A stretch of 64,000 nucleotides of DNA from an uncultured Candidatus Saccharibacteria bacterium (GTDB lineage: Bacteria > Patescibacteriota > Saccharimonadia > Saccharimonadales > CAIOMD01), in NCBI GenBank assembly GCA_963716565.1, contig OY970318.1, positions 708,284 through 772,283 on the forward strand. Direction: 5' to 3'. Of the stretch, positions 17,593-26,874 are shown piece after piece. Numbering within the stretch: position 1 is the stretch's first letter; every line of letters begins with the position of its first letter. The notes beneath the pieces are model-generated. The model searched no databases and was not told where the DNA came from. It saw only the letters and a program-made list of their open reading frames with translations. Both the position numbers and the translations under genes were made by a program.

Positions 17593-17803
17593 TTAAAATG
17601 TTTGTTAGCTTTTCGGCTAATGCTTCTAAAGCCTCAGCCTTGATTAATAAAAGAGCGGGTTTTTTGCTATTGGAAGACATTATTACTATTCGGTCGCCGG
17701 CGTTTAGGCCTAAGCTTTTTCTAGCTTCAACCGGTATAACCAACTGACCTTTTTCGTTTAAGGTAGTTGCTCCTAAAATCTTTGGAAAATGTCCCGTATG
17801 CAT
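17576..17803 (-). CDS. AbrB/MazE/SpoVT-family DNA-binding protein
   Basis: Swapped-hairpin motif KGQLVIPVEARKSLGL..GD. Its stop overlaps the MFS start by 17 nt. Confidence 0.75.
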   Translation of the reverse strand: MHTGHFPKILGATTLNEKGQLVIPVEARKSLGLNAGDRIVIMSSNSKKPALLLIKAEALEALAEKLTNILNDSKN

Positions 17804-17844
17804 AAGTAATAATACTATTACATTTATTACTTATTAACAATAGT

Positions 17845-18441
17845 CTATTTGGAAGAATCGGTTTTATAGAACAATTCAGGTTTGGTGCGCAGAACTTCGA
17901 GTAGCAGTTTGTAGTATTTGTTAACCTCGGGATTTATATCGACTTTGCCAGCTTTTACGCCCATAAGCCGTTCTAGCGTGACTTCGTTGAGCTTCCAGCT
18001 TCGGCCGTTGTCTAGATAGTTGTTTATGATTGGTAATAATTTATCTAGGGCGTATACAAACTTGGCTTCGTTGGATTCTCGGCATTCATACTCGTCGATT
18101 GAATCAAATATAACTTTTTGTTTTGGCCATTTTTGTTTTAGCTTACTTATGGCATCGGCTTCGCGTATTTTTTGGCTTTTAGTGTCGCCGCCGTATACAC
18201 AGGTATCACCAGAGTAGACTTCTACTATGTCGTGTACTAGGGCCATGGCCATTGCTTTGTGGGCGTTAAGCCTTAAATTATTTTGGTCAATTACATACAA
18301 CGCAACGATGGCTAATTGAAAGCTATGCTCGCTATCGTTTTCGAATTGCTTTGTGCCTATGCTCCACATAGAGCGCTTAACATTACGTACTTCGTGCGTG
18401 AATGACACAAAATCTATTAACTCTCCCAATCGTCTTTCCAT
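17845..18441 (-). CDS. HD-domain phosphohydrolase (YfbR-like 5'-nucleotidase family)
   Basis: H...HD...D pattern (SEHSFQLA, LVHDIVEVYSGD). I chose the start at MERRLGEL; the track's N-terminal extension runs through a terminator and an RNA-like region. Confidence 0.8.
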   Translation of the reverse strand: MERRLGELIDFVSFTHEVRNVKRSMWSIGTKQFENDSEHSFQLAIVALYVIDQNNLRLNAHKAMAMALVHDIVEVYSGDTCVYGGDTKSQKIREADAISKLKQKWPKQKVIFDSIDEYECRESNEAKFVYALDKLLPIINNYLDNGRSWKLNEVTLERLMGVKAGKVDINPEVNKYYKLLLEVLRTKPELFYKTDSSK

Positions 18442-18456
18442 AAACCTAATAATAAC

Positions 18457-18484
18457 AAAATCCCCTAAAACGAGAGGGGATTTT
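18457..18484 (-). terminator. Rho-independent terminator
   Basis: 10-bp stem AAAATCCCCT/AGGGGATTTT with an 8-nt loop, followed on the minus strand by a T-rich run. Confidence 0.7.
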
Positions 18485-18488
18485 GTTA

Positions 18489-18640
18489 TGGAGGGTCCAG
18501 TGAGACTTGACCACATTCTGCGGCCCCGTCGCAACATCTTTGCAAACCAGTTTGCAAGAGTTGGCTCCCTTGCGAACTGCCACAGGCAGTTCTCACTCAC
18601 TCCACCCCTTGGCGTGTCGTGAGTCCAGATTCATTAAACC
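18489..18640 (-). ncRNA. Unidentified structured RNA-like segment, terminator-flanked, ending in a tRNA-Lys 3'-end copy
   Basis: Bounded by two terminators. Its 3' end (18489-18510) matches the tRNA-Lys 3' end at 21/22 nt, including CCA. Two perfect hairpins (18540-18557 and 18575-18591). An inverted 11-mer GTGTCGTGAGT from the tRNA-Lys variable/T-arm region at 18614-18624. Confidence 0.4.
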
Positions 18641-18646
18641 TTCCAA

Positions 18647-18671
18647 TAAAAATACCCCAGACAAGCTGGGG
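18647..18671 (-). terminator. Rho-independent terminator downstream of tRNA-Lys
   Basis: CCCCAG-cttgt-CTGGGG followed by TATTTTTATT on the minus strand. Confidence 0.7.
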
Positions 18672-18680
18672 AATTTATAT

Positions 18681-18757
18681 TGGAGGGACCAGTGAGACTT
18701 GAACTCACGACACCCTGCTTAAAAGGCAGGTGCTCTAACCAGCTGAGCTATGGGCCC
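18681..18757 (-). tRNA. tRNA-Lys (anticodon UUU), CCA encoded
   Basis: Manual cloverleaf: GGGCCCA-TA-GCTC..GAGC-A-CCTGC-CUUUUAA-GCAGG-GTGTC-GTGAG-TTCAAGT-CTCAC-TGGTCCC-T-CCA. One C4:U69 mismatch in the acceptor stem. Confidence 0.9.
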
Positions 18758-18820
18758 GGAAAAGCAAGAATATTCTCTCTTATTTCATCTGTTTTGTCAA
18801 TTGAGCTTAACCCTAAAAAT

Positions 18821-18846
18821 AAAATACCCCACTGCTGGGGTATTTT
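18821..18846. terminator. Bidirectional-looking terminator hairpin
   Basis: 11-bp stem AAAATACCCCA/TGGGGTATTTT with loop CTGC, downstream of the minus-strand gene at 18866..19624. Confidence 0.65.
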
Positions 18847-18865
18847 ATTTCGTAGATTCGGCCTT

Positions 18866-19624
18866 CTATAAACCGTATAAATCGCTCATGTCTTGGACTG
18901 GCGATGGGGTAGGAATGGTAACGGCTTGATAGACAATAGTCATTACCAAGGAACCAGTATCGTCAGACTGTGAAAACTTGCGCAACAAGTAATCTTCGGT
19001 ATCGAACCAGGCGAATAAAGTAGCACCGGCTTGCTCTGTGTCTACAACACTGTATTTAAAGCAGGTTAAGTTGCCACAGGCTTCTTCGCCAACCTTCGTA
19101 TAAGAAGTGGTGTCCATGCTGTCGATAAAATCGTTTAATCCACTTTCTTCGGTTGTGGCTGGGTCGGTGGTGGTATCGGTTGAATCGGTGCCGTAGGATA
19201 CCCATGGTCCGTCGGTTTCGGTTTGATAGTAAGATATGTCATTTAAAGTTACCGAGCTATAAGTTGTGCCATCTCCGGTCATTGTGGTTTTAGAATTTCC
19301 ACTACCATCTGATTGCATAACTATAGTACTGGTGGCACCATCACTGCCAGTGCTAGCCATGGTAATTACCGTAGAAGCTTTATCGAACGGACTGGCTGTT
19401 TGCACGGCGATAAAGTTACACAAATCCTGGTCGTCATATTTTGTCATACAGGCGGTTTCGGTAGCTGTTACTTCTGCGCTAGCATTTTTAAGTACATCGG
19501 GTTTATCGTTTTTATTCAGAACAAATTTCCATACCGCGAAACCAGCGGCCGCAGCAACAACTAGAACTATTACTGCTATTAAAATATGGGCGAACCCACC
19601 TTGATGCTTACGAAGAGATTTCAT
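18866..19624 (-). CDS. Exported or membrane-anchored Thr/Ser/Asp-rich hypothetical protein
   Basis: Basic N-terminus plus hydrophobic anchor (KHQGGFAHILIAVIVLVVAAAAG). I recognise no domain. Confidence 0.6.
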   Translation of the reverse strand: MKSLRKHQGGFAHILIAVIVLVVAAAAGFAVWKFVLNKNDKPDVLKNASAEVTATETACMTKYDDQDLCNFIAVQTASPFDKASTVITMASTGSDGATSTIVMQSDGSGNSKTTMTGDGTTYSSVTLNDISYYQTETDGPWVSYGTDSTDTTTDPATTEESGLNDFIDSMDTTSYTKVGEEACGNLTCFKYSVVDTEQAGATLFAWFDTEDYLLRKFSQSDDTGSLVMTIVYQAVTIPTPSPVQDMSDLYGL

Positions 19625-19717
19625 ATTACTCCTATATCGCTTATGTTTAATAGTTTAATAGTAGTCAGTAATTGGCAAAAAGTAAACTATTCGTTTTGTG
19701 CTATCATCACTACTATT

Positions 19718-20953
19718 GTGGATTCTAGTAATTTAGATACAAAACATGCGGAAATAAAACGAGCAAAACGCTTATTTTATTCTACAACTGTTTTATGGTC
19801 GGCATTTTTTGCAACCGGTAACTGGCTATTCTTTTGGCGACTTTATCTAACAAACGGCGGAATTGGGCTGGTGGATGCTATCTGCTTTACGGTAGGGATG
19901 ATAGCTCAGGTCCCAACTGGCGCAATTGCCGATAAGATCGGTCGTAGGCGCACCATGATTTTAGGTGCTACGCTAATGGGCGTCGGTTACGGTGCGACTG
20001 GCTTTGCAATTAATGGCGCTGGAATATTGGCAGGCTATCTGATTTATTCTATTGGCGCGTCTTTTTATTCGGGGGCAGATGATGCGTTAATGTATGACTA
20101 TCTCAAAGCGCGTGGCTGTGAGAAAGATTGGGAGGCGATCATCCGTCGCAAACAAATCATCCGTCGCGTTGGAAACTTAACGGCGGTATTTATTGGTGGA
20201 TATTTGTATGCATGGAACGTAAGAATGCCGAGTATTGTCAGGGGCTTGTTCTTTCTTATGATGATTACGCCGTTGCTCAAGATGAAGTTTATGGACAAAA
20301 CGCAACCATTCGTAGACCAAGATTTGTCGTCGAGCTATGGTCGGCATATATGGCTGGGCATGCGCGAGCTGCTTAATAAAAAGATGTTGCCCGTAGTGCT
20401 TCTAATTGTATTTGTGGAGGGTACGGCGGTTATATTTATCAGTGGTATTCTGCGCCCATTAATGTTAGAAAAAACCGGCATTTCAATAGTTAATCAATCA
20501 AACTTCATTGCGTTAATACAATTAGTAGTAGTGTTCCTGCTATATAGGAAAATTAAAAATCATTTGACACCTTTCAGGCGAGTAATAATGTGGTCTAGCT
20601 TTATGGTTACTGGTTTTATATTTAATATTCCAGCTAAGCTCGTGGCAGTGGAGTTGGTTGGTATAGCTTTAATACACGTGGGTTATTATTTAATAATTCC
20701 GGCGATGAGCCAGCTGCTTAACGAAACGGTTTCGTCAAAGCATCGTGCAACGGCGTTATCAACAGCAAATTTGCTGGAACAGGTCCCATATATTTTTGCT
20801 GCACCATTAATAGGCCTGGCTGCCGACAAAAATCAGGTGACGCTAGTGGTAGAAATATTAGCTGCATGCTTGTTGGTCATAGTGTTATTGGCGGCATTTT
20901 TTAGATGGGTTAGCAGAGAAAAGACGCAAATAATAAACAATGAGGCTTTATAA
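19718..20953 (+). CDS. MFS transporter
   Basis: Motif A GAIADKIGRRR and a 12-TM layout. The start is uncertain. GTG 19718 sits 10 nt after the extended -10 TGcTATCAT; the track start at 19586 overlaps the divergent gene. Confidence 0.75.
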   Translation: MDSSNLDTKHAEIKRAKRLFYSTTVLWSAFFATGNWLFFWRLYLTNGGIGLVDAICFTVGMIAQVPTGAIADKIGRRRTMILGATLMGVGYGATGFAINGAGILAGYLIYSIGASFYSGADDALMYDYLKARGCEKDWEAIIRRKQIIRRVGNLTAVFIGGYLYAWNVRMPSIVRGLFFLMMITPLLKMKFMDKTQPFVDQDLSSSYGRHIWLGMRELLNKKMLPVVLLIVFVEGTAVIFISGILRPLMLEKTGISIVNQSNFIALIQLVVVFLLYRKIKNHLTPFRRVIMWSSFMVTGFIFNIPAKLVAVELVGIALIHVGYYLIIPAMSQLLNETVSSKHRATALSTANLLEQVPYIFAAPLIGLAADKNQVTLVVEILAACLLVIVLLAAFFRWVSREKTQIINNEAL

Positions 20954-22382
20954 AAATAAAAAACTAAAACGGACAACGGCAATTTGTGTTTTTCTAGGTT
21001 CTTTGCTGATTGGTTTATTTATTGCCAAATACACCACGCCACTGTCTATTTATTGGTTGGTGCTGGTAGTAGTTCTATGCCCGATAGCTTTTGGCAAGCG
21101 ATACATATTGTTGCTTTATTTATGTTTGGCCGGCCTGGTATTCGGTTGGTGGCGAGGTGGAATTTGGCAAAACGGCAACTTACAGCTAGAAAAGTATTAC
21201 GACCAAAAAGTTGTGCTGGTCGGACGTTCAACCGAAGACAGTTATTACGGCGACAAAAGCCAGATCCAATTTACGGTCGAAAACATTGCTATAAATGGCC
21301 AGCGATTACAGGGTAAAGTCCAAATTAAAGGCTTTGGCGAGCCAATGGTTTATAGGCATGATTTGGTAGAAGTTACCGGCAAGCTTTATAAAACTCGTGG
21401 TGGCAAACAGGCTGGTATCTCGTTTTCTGATATTGATGTTTTGGCTCGCTCTACCAGTACCATAGAAAATTTAAGACGTGAATTTATTGCTGGTATGCAA
21501 AATGCTTTGCCCGAACCGGCGGCCAGTTTTGCCACCGGCTTATTAATTGGCCAACGCAGCCTATTGCCCGATAGAGTTAGCGAAGTGTTGCTTGTTGCCG
21601 GCTTAACTCACATTGTGGCGGTCTCTGGCTATAATTTAACAATTATCGTAAGGGCCGTACGCCAGGTTTTAAAAAGATTTTCGCGGTTTCAAATTTTGGC
21701 CTTATCTTCGGCGCTTATCTACATATTTTTGCTAATTACCGGTTATTCGCCATCAATCGTTCGAGCGAGCTTAGTGAGCATGTTAAGTTTAGTGGCCTGG
21801 TATTTTGGTCGCCAATTTAAACCGTTGCTATTAATTCTGTTAGCCGCGGCCGTTACTGGTTTCTTGAACCCCTATTATGTTTGGGCGGACATTGGTTGGT
21901 ATTTATCTTTCTTGGCATTTTTTGGAGTTTTAGTTTTGGCGCCGCTTTTACAGACCAGATTTTTTGGCCAGCGCAAAGTGCCACTTTTAGGGGCCGTAGC
22001 AATTGAGAGCTTTGCTGCCCAGTTGATGACCCTGCCACTAATTATGATGATTTTTGGCCGAATTTCACTAGTTGGTCTAATAGCCAACATTATAATTGTG
22101 CCGTTAGTGCCATACGCTATGTTATTTGGTGTATTTTCCGGCTTCGGTGGTATGTTTGTGCCTACCATTGCCGGTTGGTTTGCTCTGCCTGCGAGATTGC
22201 TGCTTAATTTAATGCTATGGCTGGCAGCCTGGTTTGCCAAGTGGCCGCATGCTCAAATTGATAAAACAATTTCACCTGGTAGCTTGGCAGCCTTATATGG
22301 CATTATTGTAGTCGCTCTAATTGGGCTAAAGAAAAGAGCGCAATCTGTTAAAATAAAATCAGTTAAATCAACAATGGAGTAG
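20940..22382 (+). CDS. comEC: ComEC/Rec2 DNA-internalisation channel, short form (DUF4131 plus competence domain, no metallo-beta-lactamase domain)
   Basis: LLIGQRSLLP...GLTHIVAVSGYNLTII competence-domain signature. 480 aa, ending right after the membrane domain. Confidence 0.85.
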   Translation: MRLYKNKKLKRTTAICVFLGSLLIGLFIAKYTTPLSIYWLVLVVVLCPIAFGKRYILLLYLCLAGLVFGWWRGGIWQNGNLQLEKYYDQKVVLVGRSTEDSYYGDKSQIQFTVENIAINGQRLQGKVQIKGFGEPMVYRHDLVEVTGKLYKTRGGKQAGISFSDIDVLARSTSTIENLRREFIAGMQNALPEPAASFATGLLIGQRSLLPDRVSEVLLVAGLTHIVAVSGYNLTIIVRAVRQVLKRFSRFQILALSSALIYIFLLITGYSPSIVRASLVSMLSLVAWYFGRQFKPLLLILLAAAVTGFLNPYYVWADIGWYLSFLAFFGVLVLAPLLQTRFFGQRKVPLLGAVAIESFAAQLMTLPLIMMIFGRISLVGLIANIIIVPLVPYAMLFGVFSGFGGMFVPTIAGWFALPARLLLNLMLWLAAWFAKWPHAQIDKTISPGSLAALYGIIVVALIGLKKRAQSVKIKSVKSTME

Positions 22383-22385
22383 AAG

Positions 22386-23111
22386 ATGTCTGGACATTCT
22401 AAGTGGTCTACTATCAAACGACAGAAGGGCTTAAACGACGCTAAGCGTGGCGCTTTGTTCACGCGCATTGGTAACCAAATTGCTATTGCCGCTCGGGGCG
22501 GTGCCGACCCCAAAATGAACCCAAGTCTAGCTATGGCCATAGAAAAAGCTCGTTCGGCTAATATGCCAATGAGCAATATCGATAGAGCCATCCAGCGAGC
22601 GGCCGATAAAAGTGCCGCCCAATTGCAAGAAGTATTGTACGAAGGCTATGGCCCTGGCGGGGTAGGCATTTTGGTAGAATGTGCCACCGATAACTTAAAC
22701 CGTACTTTCCCAGAAGTTAAACATGCTTTTAGTAAAAATGGCGGTAACGTAGCATCGGCTGGCGCGGTAGCTTATTTATTTGCCAGAAAAGGCGTGATTA
22801 GGGTAAAAGCCAATGGCGACGAAGCCATGTTGGCCATGGTGGATGCCGGTGCCGAAGATGTTATAGAAGAAAATGATGATTTGGTAGTTTATACCGACCC
22901 CAAACAGTTGGCTCAAGTTAGGGATGCTGTTGTCCAAGCCGGATATGAAGTTAGGGAAGCTGAATTGACTTATTCGGCTAACCAAGCTATTGAAATTAGC
23001 GACCAAGAAACTGCCCGCAAAGTTATGAACCTAATGGATGCCCTAGATGAGCTTGACGACGTGGTGGCCACTCACACCAACTTTGACATCGCTGATGGCA
23101 TAGACGTCTAA
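22386..23111 (+). CDS. yebC: YebC/PmpR family DNA-binding regulator
   Basis: MSGHSKWSTIKRQKG N-terminus; 241 aa. Confidence 0.95.
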   Translation: MSGHSKWSTIKRQKGLNDAKRGALFTRIGNQIAIAARGGADPKMNPSLAMAIEKARSANMPMSNIDRAIQRAADKSAAQLQEVLYEGYGPGGVGILVECATDNLNRTFPEVKHAFSKNGGNVASAGAVAYLFARKGVIRVKANGDEAMLAMVDAGAEDVIEENDDLVVYTDPKQLAQVRDAVVQAGYEVREAELTYSANQAIEISDQETARKVMNLMDALDELDDVVATHTNFDIADGIDV

Positions 23112-23112
23112 T

Positions 23113-23739
23113 ATGAAACTGTTCTTGTTTTCGCAGAACTTTGGCAAAGAGCCCAAACGAATCCTAGATTTAATTAACAAAAATACTTGCAAAGCTTTGG
23201 TGGTGGCAAATGCCGCCGACAATCATAGTCCAGAGCAGAGAAAGAAAAGGCTTTTTACAGAGTTCAACACACTTAAAGATTTAGGGATAGACTCTGAAGA
23301 GCTTGACCTGCGAGAGTACGATTGCTCCCAAAAAGATGAGTTATTGGAGTTATTATCGGGGGTTGACTTGATCTGGGTCCGGGGCGGAAACGTTTTCTAC
23401 TTATTGTGGCTTATGAAAGAATCTGGATTTGATAAAGTAATCAGCCCGCTAATTAAAGATAATAAAATTGTTTATGGAGGCTACAGTGCCGGTGCGCTTG
23501 TTCTTACTCCGACCATTAAGGGGCTGGAATGCATGGATGATCTTTCTGTTGTGCCGAAAGTCGTCTGGAAGGGTTTAGACCTCATAGATTATTCGATTAT
23601 ACCTCACTGGGATAGGGCGGATTGCAAGGACAAAACAATGGCAATACAAGCACGGCTTGAAAATAGTGGCCTACCATTCAGGGTTCTAAGAGACGGCGAG
23701 GTAATAATTGTAGATGGGGATAAGGAATATAAAATATGA
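23113..23739 (+). CDS. Peptidase S51 (dipeptidase E-like) family protein
   Basis: GGNVFYLL and the nucleophile-elbow motif GYSAGALV. Confidence 0.75.
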   Translation: MKLFLFSQNFGKEPKRILDLINKNTCKALVVANAADNHSPEQRKKRLFTEFNTLKDLGIDSEELDLREYDCSQKDELLELLSGVDLIWVRGGNVFYLLWLMKESGFDKVISPLIKDNKIVYGGYSAGALVLTPTIKGLECMDDLSVVPKVVWKGLDLIDYSIIPHWDRADCKDKTMAIQARLENSGLPFRVLRDGEVIIVDGDKEYKI

Positions 23740-24218
23740 GAATCATAGGGATTGACCCAGGGACGGGAATCGTTGGCTTTGGAGTAATCGATAGCGACGG
23801 GCGCAAGCATCAACTGGTTGATGCTGGGGTAATTAGGACGCCAGCTCACCAAGATTTAGAACTTAGGCTTAAAACTATTTACGACGGCGTGCAAGAGATA
23901 ATTAAAACCAATAAACCAAAAATTATGGTTATCGAAAAGTTATATTTTGCTCGCAATGTAACCACTGCAATGTCGGTTAGTCACGCCAGGGGCGTAATTA
24001 TGTTAGCTGGTGTCCAAGCTGGTTTAAAAATATATGAATATACGCCACTGCAAATCAAACAAGCTCTTACCGGCTATGGCCGGGCCGAAAAATCGCAAAT
24101 CCAAGCTATGGTGAAAGCGGCGCTTAATTTGGCAACTTGCCCTAAACCAGATGACTGTGCTGATGCCTTAGCGACTGCTTTAACCTATGCAACAGCGCCA
24201 AGCCTTATCGCAAGATAG
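23736..24218 (+). CDS. ruvC: Holliday junction resolvase RuvC
   Basis: MRIIGIDPG..., EKLYF and DCADALA motifs. Confidence 0.95.
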   Translation: MRIIGIDPGTGIVGFGVIDSDGRKHQLVDAGVIRTPAHQDLELRLKTIYDGVQEIIKTNKPKIMVIEKLYFARNVTTAMSVSHARGVIMLAGVQAGLKIYEYTPLQIKQALTGYGRAEKSQIQAMVKAALNLATCPKPDDCADALATALTYATAPSLIAR

Positions 24219-24362
24219 GTGCGGAGAATGAAAGGTGATGTTTTTTGTTTAGAATCGACAAAATCCGACAAAGAGTAATCATAGTTACGCTGCGAAGGAG
24301 TTTGATCGGTTATAAGCAAAAAGGGCAACTTTCAAATCTGTAGCTATCTTGCGATAAGGCTT
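24200..24362. repeat. 19-bp perfect inverted repeat pair enclosing 125 nt, bridging the ruvC stop and the ruvA leader
   Basis: AAGCCTTATCGCAAGATAG (24200-24218, includes the ruvC TAG) and CTATCTTGCGATAAGGCTT (24344-24362). Confidence 0.8.
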
Positions 24363-24380
24363 TGTTATACTTAACAAGTA

Positions 24381-24965
24381 ATGATTGCATTCCTAATTGG
24401 CAAGGTAACCGAGCAACTCGACGACATGATTGGGTTAGATGTTGGCGGTGTTGGCTACGGATTATGGGTTTCGCAAGAGGACTGGGCTCATTTAGCAGTT
24501 GGCGCGCAAGTAAAGCTATATGTTTACGAGCATATTCGCGAACAAAGCCATGATTTATTCGGCTTTACGTCAATTAGTACCAAAAAATTATTTGAACAAC
24601 TTTTGAGTGTGAATGGCGTTGGGCCCAAGATGGCTTTAGCAGTTCTAAACGTGGGCACGATTGATGAAGTTCGCTTAAGTATTGCCGAAGGCAATGTTAA
24701 GTTTTTGCAGGCTGCCAGTGGGGTAGGCAAAAAAGTAGCCGAACGCGTAGTGGTAGATTTAAAAGATAAAGTTGGCCTAGAGGCTAACCCCCAAGCTACA
24801 ACTTTTTTGGGCAAACCAGCAATCGGCCGATTCGATGAAGCCCTAGAGGCTTTGGTAAGCTTAGGCTTTTCTAGCCAGCAAGCGGCCGATGCTCTAAGTG
24901 AAATCGATACCAAGCTATCTACCGAAGATCGGGTACGGCTAGCCTTGAAGGGTAAGAAGCAATGA
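24381..24965 (+). CDS. ruvA: Holliday junction DNA helicase subunit RuvA
   Basis: MIAFL.GKV N-terminus and HhH motifs ([17 protein letters not shown]). Confidence 0.95.
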   Translation: MIAFLIGKVTEQLDDMIGLDVGGVGYGLWVSQEDWAHLAVGAQVKLYVYEHIREQSHDLFGFTSISTKKLFEQLLSVNGVGPKMALAVLNVGTIDEVRLSIAEGNVKFLQAASGVGKKVAERVVVDLKDKVGLEANPQATTFLGKPAIGRFDEALEALVSLGFSSQQAADALSEIDTKLSTEDRVRLALKGKKQ

Positions 24966-25990
24966 TTGAACGTTTAGTTGACATGGCAACCGACAGTCCA
25001 ATCGAGGAACAGAATGAAGCCAGTCTAAGGCCAAAAGACTTTGCCAATTACATTGGCCAAGAAAAAATTAAGCAGAATTTAAAACTGTCTATTGCCGCGG
25101 CTAAAAAACGCGATGAGCCAATTGATCACGTTTTGCTTTTTGGCCCACCAGGCTTAGGTAAGACAACGCTGGCTAATGTTATAGCCAACGAAATGGGTGC
25201 TCAAATTAGAATTACTAGTGGGCCAGCAGTAGAAAGAGCGGGTGATTTAGCTAGCCTGCTAACCAACCTGCAAGATGGTGACATTTTATTTATAGACGAA
25301 ATCCATCGCTTAAATCGAGTAGTAGAAGAAGTTTTATATAGTGCCATGGAAGATTTTAAGCTAGACATAATGCTGGGCAAAGGCCCTTCGGCTAGAAGTC
25401 TGCGCCTAGATTTGCCTAAGTTTACAATTATTGGTGCCACTACCAGAACTGGTGCTTTGGCGGCACCACTAAGGGATAGGTTCGGCATGGTACATCGGCT
25501 AGATTTTTATACTCCAGAAGAAATTGCTAGAATTGTTCATCGTTCAGCTAAAATCTTGAACGTGCCAATCGATAAACCAGCAGCTGATTTAATTTCCCAC
25601 AGGGCTCGCTTAACTCCTAGAATTGCCAATCGTTTACTAAAGCGTATTCGTGACTATGCGGACGTTAATGGTGATGGCATTATAGATAATTCGATTGCTT
25701 CAAAAGCTTTGGATTTGCTTGAAATTGATGAGCTGGGCTTAGACGCTTCAGATAGAATGCTATTGAAGGCTATTATAGAAAACTATAACGGCGGTCCAGT
25801 TGGCGTAGAGACTTTATCGGCACTAATAGCCGACGAACGTTCCACGATTGAAGATTTTTACGAACCGTACTTGATGCAGATTGGCCTCTTAGAAAGAACA
25901 CCGCGTGGTCGCAAAGTTACCCACAAAGCTTATAAGCATTTAGGCGCCAGCAAATCGCCGGAAGATTCTAGCCAAAATAAATTGTTATAA
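24962..25990 (+). CDS. ruvB: Holliday junction DNA helicase RuvB
   Basis: Walker [18 protein letters not shown], RuvB C-terminal winged helix. Confidence 0.97.
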   Translation: MIERLVDMATDSPIEEQNEASLRPKDFANYIGQEKIKQNLKLSIAAAKKRDEPIDHVLLFGPPGLGKTTLANVIANEMGAQIRITSGPAVERAGDLASLLTNLQDGDILFIDEIHRLNRVVEEVLYSAMEDFKLDIMLGKGPSARSLRLDLPKFTIIGATTRTGALAAPLRDRFGMVHRLDFYTPEEIARIVHRSAKILNVPIDKPAADLISHRARLTPRIANRLLKRIRDYADVNGDGIIDNSIASKALDLLEIDELGLDASDRMLLKAIIENYNGGPVGVETLSALIADERSTIEDFYEPYLMQIGLLERTPRGRKVTHKAYKHLGASKSPEDSSQNKLL

Positions 25991-26001
25991 TTTTAAGAGC
26001 C

Positions 26002-26580
26002 ATGAAGCAGTTTAACCCCTATAACGAAAAAGCAGCCAGCAAGCTAAAGCGGGCTTATTCGCTGGGCGAAAAAGAAAAAGTCATAGATGTTATATATAAA
26101 CATCCTATGCAGTTATTTCTAATCTTTGGTGTCACGATTCTAGCCTATGTTTTGATATTGCTGGCCACCTATTATTTAACTACGGCTATATCTAATGGCG
26201 ACAGCGCTTCAACTTATCGTTTTACCTCTTTTATGGCCTTCTTTATGGCGATATTCACAGGCTTAATATTAATAGTTAGTATTTATTTGTATCTGCAAAC
26301 AAAAATGATAATCACTAGCGAAAATATGATTATGATTATTCAAAAGGATTTGCTGCACGGCAAAACATCGCGATTAGCCTTAACTGACATAGAAGATGTA
26401 ACATCCGAACAAAAAGGTTTATTGCCCACCTTGTTTGGCTACTGCGATTTGGTAATAGAAACTGCCGGTGCCCAGGTGTTTTTTACATTCAGTTATTGCC
26501 CAAAGCCTGGTGAAGTATCTAAGGAATTGATAGACGCCAAAGAAGCCTTGATTAGCGGCACCGAAACATTTAGCAACTAA
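26002..26580 (+). CDS. Membrane protein with bacterial PH (bPH_2/YdbS-like) domain
   Basis: Two TM helices followed by a PH-like segment (TSRLALTDIEDVTSEQKGLLPTLFGYCDLVIET). Confidence 0.6.
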   Translation: MKQFNPYNEKAASKLKRAYSLGEKEKVIDVIYKHPMQLFLIFGVTILAYVLILLATYYLTTAISNGDSASTYRFTSFMAFFMAIFTGLILIVSIYLYLQTKMIITSENMIMIIQKDLLHGKTSRLALTDIEDVTSEQKGLLPTLFGYCDLVIETAGAQVFFTFSYCPKPGEVSKELIDAKEALISGTETFSN

Positions 26581-26583
26581 GAC

Positions 26584-26874
26584 CTATTCAAAAGGATTGT
26601 CGCGGCCGTTATCAAACAACGATTCCAGGCTAATATTGCGGTCTTGTAGCTCCTGAATCTTCTGGATGGCCTCATTGTTTAACCTCAGGGCCTGAGCAGT
26701 GCTTAGCCGCTCTTCTATTTGATCATCACTTGGCTCTTCATTAGAATAGCTAGCTATTCTCAACGTCAAAAAGCCAAATACTAGGCCAACGCAAACAACG
26801 AAAATAATTACTGCGTGGTGGGCTACCCAATCTTTGATTATAACTAGTCTGGCAATGATATCGCTTGTTTTCAT
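26584..26874 (-). CDS. Small single-pass membrane/coiled-coil protein, last gene of the pilus operon
   Basis: 96 aa. Its start overlaps the pilO-like stop by 4 nt. One TM helix plus a charged helical tail. Confidence 0.5.
   Translation of the reverse strand: MKTSDIIARLVIIKDWVAHHAVIIFVVCVGLVFGFLTLRIASYSNEEPSDDQIEERLSTAQALRLNNEAIQKIQELQDRNISLESLFDNGRDNPFE

Noticed and set aside
18489-18640. tmRNA (ssrA), because of the tRNA-like 3' end with CCA
   Set aside because: It is only ~150 nt. There is no 5' strand complementary to the acceptor 3' strand, no recognisable tag reading frame ending in a hydrophobic ...AA-stop, and no G:U Ala identity pair. The 3' end copies tRNA-Lys rather than tRNA-Ala.
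18353-18871. Plus-strand ORFs 18353..18622, 18507..18695 and 18680..18871
   Set aside because: They run through terminators, the tRNA-Lys gene and its flanks. They are explained by RNA features rather than coding.
20984-21316. 110-aa alternative-frame ORF inside comEC, and the 112-aa minus ORF 22253..22591
   Set aside because: They overlap conserved comEC and yebC coding sequence, and no independent translation signals are seen.
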